Of a stretch of 64,000 bases of DNA, positions 54,860-64,000 are shown one piece after another. Source of the stretch: Candidatus Binatia bacterium (GTDB taxonomy: Bacteria; Eisenbacteria; RBG-16-71-46; SZUA-252). The stretch lies in NCBI GenBank assembly GCA_035631035.1, contig DASQJL010000096.1:1234-65233 (forward strand), written 5' to 3'. The translations under genes were made by a program, and so were the position numbers. Each line of letters starts with the position of its first letter. Positions within the stretch are counted from its first letter, which is position 1. The notes under the pieces are model-generated. The model saw nothing but the letters and a program-made list of their open reading frames with translations. It made no database searches and had not been told where the DNA came from.

Positions 54860-57625
54860 ATGCGCTTTGCTCCCATCGCCCTGACCACGGCTGCCGTCCT
54901 GATCGCGACCGCCGCCCTGGGACCCGCCGGTCCCGCCGTCGCCGCGCCGAACCTGATCCGCACCCTTCCCAACAAGATGACGGTCATCGTCCGGGAGAAC
55001 CGTTCGCGCCCGCTCGCCACGGTCCAGGTCTGGATCGACGCGGGAAGCCGCGACGAGACCCGCAGCGAGCGGGGGGCCGCCTCGGTGCTCTCGTATCTTC
55101 CGTACGAGGAGACCTCCGCCCGGAAGCGCGGCGAAGTCCACAAGGAAGCGGAGTCCTTCGGCGGCACCCTGGGAAGCGAGTCGGGCTACTCCAGCATCAT
55201 CTACAACATGACGGTGCCCGCGCGGTACCTGAGCCGGGCGGTCGATATCCTGAGCGACGCCGTCCTCCATCCCTCCTTCAACCAGTACACGCTGGAGCAG
55301 TCGGTGGCCAAGGCGCGCCGGGAGTCCCGCGGCGTCCTGAGCGCGGCCGGCGGCGTCAGCCTGAACACGCTCCGGGAGTCGCTCTACGGCGACACGCCTC
55401 CCGGGACGCCGCTCCATGCGCCCGAGCTGGAGGTGGCGGCGCTCACGCTCCCGATCGTCCAGCGCTACTACAAGGAGAACTTCGTCGCCGACAGGATCAC
55501 GGTGGTCGTGGTCGGCGACATCGAGGCCGAACCCGTGGCCGATCAGATCGCGGCGGCCTTCAAGGACGTGCCCACCGGCAAGTCGCGCCCGCACCCGCGC
55601 GTCGCCCCGCCCAAGGAGCTCAAGGATCCCATCGTGCGCTCGGTGCCCAACCCGCCCGACGCCGACGGCTCGGTCGTGGCCGCGGGATTCCGCGCACCGC
55701 TCTGGGGCACCGCCGACGCAACCGCGCTCGACGTCCTGCTCGCCGTGCTCGTCGACGCTCCCGGCTCGCGGCTCGAGCGCCGGCTGCGCGAGGGGGGCAA
55801 CGACTTCGGAGCGGCCGCGGCCCAGCGCTCGTTCGGACCCGATCCGGGGTCGGTGGCCCTGGTCCTCTCGGCAGACCCCGCGCGGATGCCCGATGCGGAG
55901 GGGATCCTGGTTCAGGAGATCGAGAAGATTCGCGCGCAGCCGGTCACGGCCGAGGAGTGCCAGGCCGCCATCCGCTCCATTCTCACGCGCGAGCTGATGT
56001 CGCGCTCGGAGCTCTGGGGACTGGGGCGCGCCACCGCGCTCGCCTATTACCAGGGGCGTCCCGGCGCCGACGAGGTGTACGCGCAGCGCGTGAGCGCGGT
56101 GCGGCCCGAGGACCTGTCCGGAGTCGCGCGCAAGTATCTCGACTGGAAGAACGGCGCCGTCGTCGAGATGATGTCTCGGCGCACGGCCGACAGCCTCGGC
56201 ATCGCCAAGGAGTTCCCGAAACGGTTCCAGGAGAAGCTCTCGCTGTACCAGGGCACCTACCGCAGCGGCCCGCTCGCCACGGCGAGCACCGATGAGGAGC
56301 GCCGCGCGCGCATCGACCAGCCGCTCGCTTCGATCTCCCGGGATCCCTTCGATGCGGGGCGCGGCCGCGTGGAGCGCGCCAGGCTCGCGGGCGGCATCCG
56401 GCTCCTGACCGGCCAGGACCGAAGCGCCCCCGGCGTGACGGTGGCGGTCTATCTGAACGGCGGCGTGCGCTGGGAGAACGACAAGAACAACGGCATCACC
56501 TCGCTCGTCCGCGAGACGCTCTTCAATACGAACGACCCCAAGCGGAACGGCCTCGCCTACCGGCAGTCGCTCTCCCTCCTGGGATCGTTCACGCCCTACC
56601 AGGATCGGGACATGTGGGGGGTCTCGCTCGCGGTGCCCTCGTCCGACTGGAAGGAAGCGCTCAACCGGATCGGCGCGATGATGTCCCACCCGGACCTGGA
56701 CTCGGTGACGGTGGATGCCACGCGGATCCTGCTCCTCACCGCCCTCGACAAGTGGATGGAAGACGACGCGGCCCAGCGGCAGCGGCTCATCTTCGCGACG
56801 AAGTACCAGGTGAGCGGCTACCGGCTTCCCGGCGTGGGGAACAAGGTGAACCTCATCTCGCTTCCGACGTCGGCGATCGCGGCCTATTACCGGAAGTTCG
56901 TGGTGAAGCCGAACCTGTTCGTCGCGGTCTTCGGCGACGTGAACCCCTCCGAGGTCGGTCCCGCGGTGGAGGAGGCGTTCCGCGACGTGAGCGCGGGACC
57001 CTTCAACCCGGGCGAGCCGCCCATGGATCTGCCGTTCCCCGGCTTCCGCGAGAAGTGGGAGCTGGGCGCGGGCTCGCTCACCACCATTCAGCTCGCCTTC
57101 AACGGCCCCCCGGCAAACAGCCCGGACATGCCCATTTTCTACGTCGTGAACTCGCTGCTCTCGGGACCGTACGGCTGGTTCCAGAAGTACGTCATGGCCG
57201 AGCCGACGGCGCAGAGCGCGAACTCGATCGTGGCGCAGGCGATCGACGAGTCTCCGATCATCGCCTCGCTCACCATCGGCGGCTCGGTGGAGGAGGAGGC
57301 GATGGTCAAGCTGCTCTTCCGGCAGTTCAAGAAGGTCGCCGGGATGGAGCTGATCGGCCCCGATCTGGATCAGGACCTCCGGAACGCGAAGACGCACGCC
57401 ATCGGCAGCTTCTACGGAACGTTCACGACGAATACGTCCCGCGCCTTCCAGTGGGCTCGCGCCGACCTGTTCGGGCTTCCGCCCGACGACCTGCTGGCGC
57501 TCCCCTCCAAGATGGACGCGGTGACTCCGGGCGATCTCCTGCGGGTCGGGACGCGCTACTTCCAGCGCGGAGACTGGGAGAAGGCGCCGTACGCCATCGC
57601 GGAGACGCGGCCCGGCGGCTGGTAG
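54860..57625 (+). CDS. Secreted M16-family (insulinase-like) protein with two M16 units, both lacking the HxxEH zinc site
   Basis: Signal peptide. M16 fold pattern, but GAASVLSYLPYEET and the second unit have no His-x-x-Glu-His. Predicted non-catalytic. Confidence 0.75.
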   Translation: MRFAPIALTTAAVLIATAALGPAGPAVAAPNLIRTLPNKMTVIVRENRSRPLATVQVWIDAGSRDETRSERGAASVLSYLPYEETSARKRGEVHKEAESFGGTLGSESGYSSIIYNMTVPARYLSRAVDILSDAVLHPSFNQYTLEQSVAKARRESRGVLSAAGGVSLNTLRESLYGDTPPGTPLHAPELEVAALTLPIVQRYYKENFVADRITVVVVGDIEAEPVADQIAAAFKDVPTGKSRPHPRVAPPKELKDPIVRSVPNPPDADGSVVAAGFRAPLWGTADATALDVLLAVLVDAPGSRLERRLREGGNDFGAAAAQRSFGPDPGSVALVLSADPARMPDAEGILVQEIEKIRAQPVTAEECQAAIRSILTRELMSRSELWGLGRATALAYYQGRPGADEVYAQRVSAVRPEDLSGVARKYLDWKNGAVVEMMSRRTADSLGIAKEFPKRFQEKLSLYQGTYRSGPLATASTDEERRARIDQPLASISRDPFDAGRGRVERARLAGGIRLLTGQDRSAPGVTVAVYLNGGVRWENDKNNGITSLVRETLFNTNDPKRNGLAYRQSLSLLGSFTPYQDRDMWGVSLAVPSSDWKEALNRIGAMMSHPDLDSVTVDATRILLLTALDKWMEDDAAQRQRLIFATKYQVSGYRLPGVGNKVNLISLPTSAIAAYYRKFVVKPNLFVAVFGDVNPSEVGPAVEEAFRDVSAGPFNPGEPPMDLPFPGFREKWELGAGSLTTIQLAFNGPPANSPDMPIFYVVNSLLSGPYGWFQKYVMAEPTAQSANSIVAQAIDESPIIASLTIGGSVEEEAMVKLLFRQFKKVAGMELIGPDLDQDLRNAKTHAIGSFYGTFTTNTSRAFQWARADLFGLPPDDLLALPSKMDAVTPGDLLRVGTRYFQRGDWEKAPYAIAETRPGGW

Positions 57626-57627
57626 GC

Positions 57628-58578
57628 TTGATCCCACAGCCTGTCGCCCTGATCGTCACGGTGCGAAACGAGGAGGCGTCGATCGACGCGCTCCTCGATT
57701 CGCTTCTGGGCGGATCGCGCCCTCCCGACGAGATCGTCGTCGCCGACGGCGGCTCGACCGACCGGACCGTGGAGCGGCTCCGCGCTCGCGCGGCCTCGGA
57801 TCCCCGCGTGCGCTTCCTCGTGGCGCCGGGAAACCGCTCGGTGGGACGGAACGCCGCGGTCCGCGCCGCCCAGGCGTCGATCATCGCGTGCACCGACGCG
57901 GGCGTGCGGGTGGAGCCCGACTGGCTGGAGCGGATCACGGCGCCCTTCGCCGATCCCGGCGTCGACGTGGTCGCCGGCTTCTACCGCTCCGCCGGAGAGA
58001 CCTGGTTCGAGCGCGCCGCCGGCGTGGTCTCCGCGCCGCGCCTCGAGGAGGTGGACCGGGAGCGCTTCCTCCCCTCCACCCGCTCCGTCGCCTTCCGCCG
58101 CGCCGCGTGGGAGCGCGTTCACGGCTTCGACGAGCGCTGGGATCACAACGAGGACACCCCGTTCGCCCTCGCCCTGAAGCGGGACGGCTGCCGCTTCGCG
58201 TTCGCTCCCGATGCCGTCGTGCACTGGCGGCCGCGGGGCGACCTTCGGAGCTTCTGGCGCCAGCACCGGCGCTTCGGCTACGGCGACGGGGAGTCGGGCG
58301 TGCAGGGGTCGTTCTACGGTAGGATCGCCGCGAAGTACGTCCTGGCCCTGGCGTTGCTCGTGGCCGGGGCCTGGTTCCGCCCGGCGTGGTGGGCCCTGGG
58401 AGCGGGCGCGCTCCTGTTCGTGCTGGGGCAGGGCCATCGCGGGCGGGGTCGCCTGCCGGCGCCCGCCGCGCTCGTCCTCGTGCCCGCGCTCAAGACGGTG
58501 TACGACGCCGCCTATCTCTGGGGATACGCGCGCGGGATCGCGAGTCGTCGCGGCCCGGGCGCGATGAAGCCGGCGTAG
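57628..58578 (+). CDS. Glycosyltransferase family 2
   Basis: ALIVTVRNEEASI. DxD-like VVADGGS. C-terminal TM helices. Confidence 0.7.
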   Translation: MIPQPVALIVTVRNEEASIDALLDSLLGGSRPPDEIVVADGGSTDRTVERLRARAASDPRVRFLVAPGNRSVGRNAAVRAAQASIIACTDAGVRVEPDWLERITAPFADPGVDVVAGFYRSAGETWFERAAGVVSAPRLEEVDRERFLPSTRSVAFRRAAWERVHGFDERWDHNEDTPFALALKRDGCRFAFAPDAVVHWRPRGDLRSFWRQHRRFGYGDGESGVQGSFYGRIAAKYVLALALLVAGAWFRPAWWALGAGALLFVLGQGHRGRGRLPAPAALVLVPALKTVYDAAYLWGYARGIASRRGPGAMKPA

Positions 58579-58608
58579 CGCGCCGCGGATCGAGGGGGAG
58601 GAACGCCC

Positions 58609-58962
58609 GTGTATGAACCTCGCCACAAGAAACCGATCTCCCGCCGGCAGTTCGCCTTGCGCGTTCTGCACAGCGCGGGGCTCGCGCTTCCCCTCGTGCT
58701 TCTCTCGCTGGCCGGCGGGATGGCGGGCTACATGCTGCTGGAGAAGCTCTCCTGGGCCGACGCCTTCCTGAACGCGGCGATGCTCCTCGGAGGGATGGGG
58801 CCGGTGGCACCGTTGCGCACCGAAGCGGGGAAGATCTTCGCGGGCGTCTACGCGCTCTACGCGGGACTCATCTTCCTCATCGCCGCAGGCCTCGTGCTCG
58901 CCCCCTTCTTCCATCGCGTGCTCCACCGCTTCCACTGGGAACAGGACCGGGGGCGGTCGTGA
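58609..58962 (+). CDS. Small two-TM ion-channel-like membrane protein (degenerate pore-loop)
   Basis: GTG start after GGGGGAGGAAC. The TM1-pore-helix-TM2 layout resembles Ion_trans_2. LGGMGPV replaces the K+ selectivity filter. Confidence 0.5.
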   Translation: MYEPRHKKPISRRQFALRVLHSAGLALPLVLLSLAGGMAGYMLLEKLSWADAFLNAAMLLGGMGPVAPLRTEAGKIFAGVYALYAGLIFLIAAGLVLAPFFHRVLHRFHWEQDRGRS

Positions 58963-59513
58963 TGAGCGGCGGCACCGCGACCGGGGCGCCGGATCGCCTG
59001 GAGATCCCCATGGCGAAAGGCACGCTGGTGCGATTTTTCCTGACCTCCCTCCTGGCGGTCGCCGGATGCATCGCCATGCTGCTCCTGACCCAAAACCGTC
59101 CCTCGCTGACCCACTCCATCTTCCGGGTCGTCGCGTTCGTCGGGATCGTCTTCTTTGGGGTGACGGCTCTCTACGCGGGGAAGCGCCTCTTCGATCCGAC
59201 CCCGGGTCTGATCCTCGACCCGGAGGGGCTCGTGGATCATTCGAACGCCGTCGGCGCCGGGCGCGTCCGCTGGGCCGAGATCCGGGAGATCCGGGTCACC
59301 CAGTCCGTGCGGCAGCGTTTCCTGACCGTGATCGTGGACGATCCCGAACGTTTCCTCCGGCGCGGCAACGCCATGACGCGAAAAGTGGCGGCGGCGAATC
59401 ACCGGCTGGCGGGAAGCCCGATCAACATCACGGCGCGCACGCTCGCGATCCCTTTCGACGAGCTCGTCACCCGCACCTCCGAGTTCTATCGGCACTACGG
59501 AAAGCGGGCGTGA
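58959..59513 (+). CDS. Membrane protein with two N-terminal TM helices and a bPH-like cytoplasmic domain (hypothetical)
   Basis: ATGA overlap with the upstream gene. Confidence 0.5.
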   Translation: MMSGGTATGAPDRLEIPMAKGTLVRFFLTSLLAVAGCIAMLLLTQNRPSLTHSIFRVVAFVGIVFFGVTALYAGKRLFDPTPGLILDPEGLVDHSNAVGAGRVRWAEIREIRVTQSVRQRFLTVIVDDPERFLRRGNAMTRKVAAANHRLAGSPINITARTLAIPFDELVTRTSEFYRHYGKRA

Positions 59514-59538
59514 CGGAGCCCGACCGGAGGCGGCGGCG

Positions 59539-59946
59539 ATGAGCGGGCCCGCCCCGCACGTCGACCGGATTCTGGAGACGGCGCTCTACGTCGAGGATCC
59601 GGACCGATCGGCGCGCTTCTATCAGGAGCTGTTTGGGTTCGAGGCGGTCTACGCGGGTCCCCGGCTCACGGCGCTCGCCGTGCCGGGACATCAGATCCTC
59701 CTCCTCTTCAAGAAGGGCGCGTCGTCCGGCCTCTCCAAGATCCCGCACGACGGATCGGGGGAGCTGCACGTCGCGTTCGCGATCGCGGCGCCATCGCTCG
59801 AGGCGTGGGAGGCGCGCCTGCACGAGAAGAAGATCCCGATCGTGGAGAAGACGGAGTGGGAGCGTGGAGGCACCAGCCTCTACTTCCGCGATCCCGACGG
59901 CCACCTGATCGAGCTGGCGACCCCGGGGCTCTGGACGAACTACTGA
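59539..59946 (+). CDS. VOC family (glyoxalase/bleomycin-resistance fold) protein
   Basis: ETALYVEDPDRSARFYQELFGFE and C-terminal YFRDPDGHLIEL. Confidence 0.8.
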   Translation: MSGPAPHVDRILETALYVEDPDRSARFYQELFGFEAVYAGPRLTALAVPGHQILLLFKKGASSGLSKIPHDGSGELHVAFAIAAPSLEAWEARLHEKKIPIVEKTEWERGGTSLYFRDPDGHLIELATPGLWTNY

Positions 59947-59971
59947 TCCTGTCCTGAGGCTTCGGGACCCG

Positions 59972-60769
59972 TCACGCCTCCTGCGTCGTGACTTCCTCGG
60001 GCTCGGGGGTCTCGTCGGGGCGGGGGTTGAAGATCGCGGCCAGCTCGCCCCGGAGCTGCCCCTCGTCCAGGTTCCACTTGAGCTCGCCCTTGTGCGCGAT
60101 CGAGATCGCGCCGGTCTCCTCGCTCACCACGATCACCGCGGCATCGGTCTCCTCGGCCAGGCCGAGGGCGGCCCGGTGGCGCGTGCCCAGGAGGGGCGAG
60201 AGCCCGCGCGTCTGGCTCAGCGGGAGGATGCAGCTCGCCGCGACGATGGCGTCGCCCCGGATCACGACGGCCCCGTCGTGCAGCGGCGAGTGGGGCGTGA
60301 AGATCGTCTCCAAGAGCTCGGCGCTCACCGAGGCGTCGATCTTGGTGCCGGTCTCCACGTAGTCGCGCAATCCCATGTCCCGCTCGAAAACGATGATCGC
60401 GCCCCGCCGCTCCTTCCCCATCTCCTCCACCGCCTTGATCGTCTCGGCGACCACGCCGTACTCCTCGACGCGGATGAGCGCCCGGACCAGGCGGTTCTGG
60501 CCGATGTGGGTGAGGAGCGCCCGCAGCTCGGGCTGGAAGAGGATCACGAAGAGGATCACCCAGACCGTCTTCAGGCTGCCGATGATCCAGTTGAGCGCGT
60601 TCAGGCGGAACCACTGCGCCACGATGGAGGCGAACACGATGATGATGAGCCCCACGAACATCTGCGACGCGCGCGTCCCCTTGATCATGATGAAGAGGCG
60701 ATAGAAGAGGAACGCGACGATCAGGACGTCGAGCGCGTCGACGAGGAACTGGGGCTTGAGATCGATCAT
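59972..60769 (-). CDS. cdaA: Diadenylate cyclase CdaA (c-di-AMP synthase), with three N-terminal TM helices
   Basis: DAC-domain motifs DGAVVI and GTRHRAALG. ATGA overlap with folP. Confidence 0.85.
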   Translation of the reverse strand: MIDLKPQFLVDALDVLIVAFLFYRLFIMIKGTRASQMFVGLIIIVFASIVAQWFRLNALNWIIGSLKTVWVILFVILFQPELRALLTHIGQNRLVRALIRVEEYGVVAETIKAVEEMGKERRGAIIVFERDMGLRDYVETGTKIDASVSAELLETIFTPHSPLHDGAVVIRGDAIVAASCILPLSQTRGLSPLLGTRHRAALGLAEETDAAVIVVSEETGAISIAHKGELKWNLDEGQLRGELAAIFNPRPDETPEPEEVTTQEA

Positions 60770-61707
60770 GATCGGGCTTCGGCCTGGATCGGCGCGTCTC
60801 CGGCGGGAGCCTCCTCCCGGAGGCGCGCCCTGGGATCGAGAATCGCTTCGGCGCTACGGATCGCGTCCACCGTCTCCCGGACGTCATGGGTGCGGACGAT
60901 CCGCGCCCCGAGCGCGAGCGCGGCCACCGTGGCGCCCAGCCCCGCGCCCAGCCGCTCCTCGATCGGGATGGAGCGGCCGGTGACGCGGCCGAGGAACGAT
61001 TTCCGCGATACACCGATGTACAGGGGCCGCCCGAGCGAGGTCAAGCTCGGAAGTCCCTGGAGCACGCGCAGGCTCTGCGGCGCGCGCTTCGAGAAGCCGA
61101 TCCCGGGGTCCAGCGCGATCCGCTCCTCCGTAATTCCCGCAGAAACGGCGGCCTTCATCTGGCGCTCCAGGAAGCGTCGCACGTCCAGGACCTCGTCCTC
61201 GTACGCGACCGGCTCGTGCATGCGGTCGGGGGCGCCCAGGGCGTGCATCAGCACGAGGCCGGCGCCCGCGGACGCCACGATACCGGCCAGCTCCGGCTGG
61301 GCGGTGAGCCCCGTCACGTCGTTCACGATGGCGGCCCCCTCGTCCAGCGCGCGGCGCGCCACCTCGGCGCTCCAGGTGTCCACCGACACCGGAAGACCCA
61401 GGCGGACCACCGCCGGAAGCACGGGGCGAAGCCGCGCCCATTCCTCCTCGGCGCCGATCGGCGGGTCGCCGCCGGGGCGGGTCGACTGCGCTCCGATGTC
61501 GATCGCGTCGGCGCCCTCGCCGGCCATCGCCTGGGCGCGCGCGAGGGCCCGCGCCGGATCGAGCCAGCGGCCGCCGTCGTAGAAGCTGTCGGGGGTGAGG
61601 TTGAGGATTCCGGCCACTCGGGCCCGCTCGCTGAGATTCCACGAGCCGGCCCGGTGGCGGAAGATCAGGGGTGCGTCGGAGGCGGGTCCGGTCTGGTTCC
61701 GCAGCAC
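60766..61707 (-). CDS. folP: Dihydropteroate synthase
   Basis: GILNLTPDSFYDGG, IDIGAQSTRPG, DPGIGFSK. Confidence 0.85.
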   Translation of the reverse strand: MLRNQTGPASDAPLIFRHRAGSWNLSERARVAGILNLTPDSFYDGGRWLDPARALARAQAMAGEGADAIDIGAQSTRPGGDPPIGAEEEWARLRPVLPAVVRLGLPVSVDTWSAEVARRALDEGAAIVNDVTGLTAQPELAGIVASAGAGLVLMHALGAPDRMHEPVAYEDEVLDVRRFLERQMKAAVSAGITEERIALDPGIGFSKRAPQSLRVLQGLPSLTSLGRPLYIGVSRKSFLGRVTGRSIPIEERLGAGLGATVAALALGARIVRTHDVRETVDAIRSAEAILDPRARLREEAPAGDAPIQAEARS

Positions 61708-61711
61708 GTCA

Positions 61712-63817
<2,106 letters not shown>

Positions 63818-64000
63818 TCGGCTGGACTTCCTTTCCTGGAATCGGCAGGGTTGCCGGATGTCTCTAGTGTTGGATGGAAGTTGCTTCCGGCCGGTTCTCC
63901 TTTCCGGCCATCAGGATGATGCGCCCTCGCTCCCTGCGAACCTGTACGCCCATCGGGAAATCGGCCGAGCGGCCGCGGCGGTCGTTCGCGAGGGAATGCA

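Noticed and set aside
63818-64000. Possible 3' end of another minus-strand gene upstream of ftsH (hpt/tilS expected by synteny)
   Set aside because: Minus-strand frames here show no recognisable HPRT or TilS C-terminal motifs. The region is too short to call.

Overview
This is a very GC-rich (about 70%) bacterial chromosomal segment from a diderm-type organism. Evidence for the diderm envelope includes a TolB-like propeller, lipoproteins, an outer-membrane-like beta-barrel protein and an SLH-like M23 peptidase. I found no rRNA, tRNA, CRISPR array, transposase or integrase. About half of the long entries in the ORF track are antisense or fused artefacts typical of high-GC DNA. I called genes from recognisable motifs, signal peptides, Shine-Dalgarno sites and 4-nt overlaps between adjacent genes.

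The content is mainly housekeeping and envelope functions:
- a 3'-partial M23 peptidase, DacC-like PBP, an active M16 peptidase, RlmD, Lon, Asd, a FabF-like KAS, an S8 protease and an orphan MalK-like ABC ATPase;
- a KimA-like K+ transporter and two CspA-family genes;
- the ftsH-folP-cdaA cluster.

Features I rate as most interesting:
1. A LexA locus carrying two near-identical promoter/operator cassettes, TTGACAAC-TGCACAAA(C/T)GT(T/G)CA. The operator fits the Fibrobacter-type LexA box TGCNCN4GTGCA. One cassette lies in the divergent cupin/lexA (+ small ORF) intergenic region. The other is upstream of a tightly linked dinB (Pol IV) - DUF72 - MrfA-like helicase - MrfB-like exonuclease operon.
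2. Two tandem paralogous 23-codon ORFs in the only AT-rich intergenic region, between the histidine kinase and lon. Their shared LLLIAF and GGKAGW segments differ only by synonymous changes, which argues they are translated.
3. A translationally coupled module of a HipA/PI3K-like kinase, a DUF3037 protein and an HhH-like protein, embedded in a long minus-strand array of stress-type genes (DinB-family x2, NUDIX, methyltransferase, GT87, flavoprotein).
4. A strong sigma70 promoter followed by an intrinsic terminator inside the leader of a zinc-ribbon/csp operon.
5. A cupredoxin-like periplasmic protein translationally coupled to an orphan sensor kinase.
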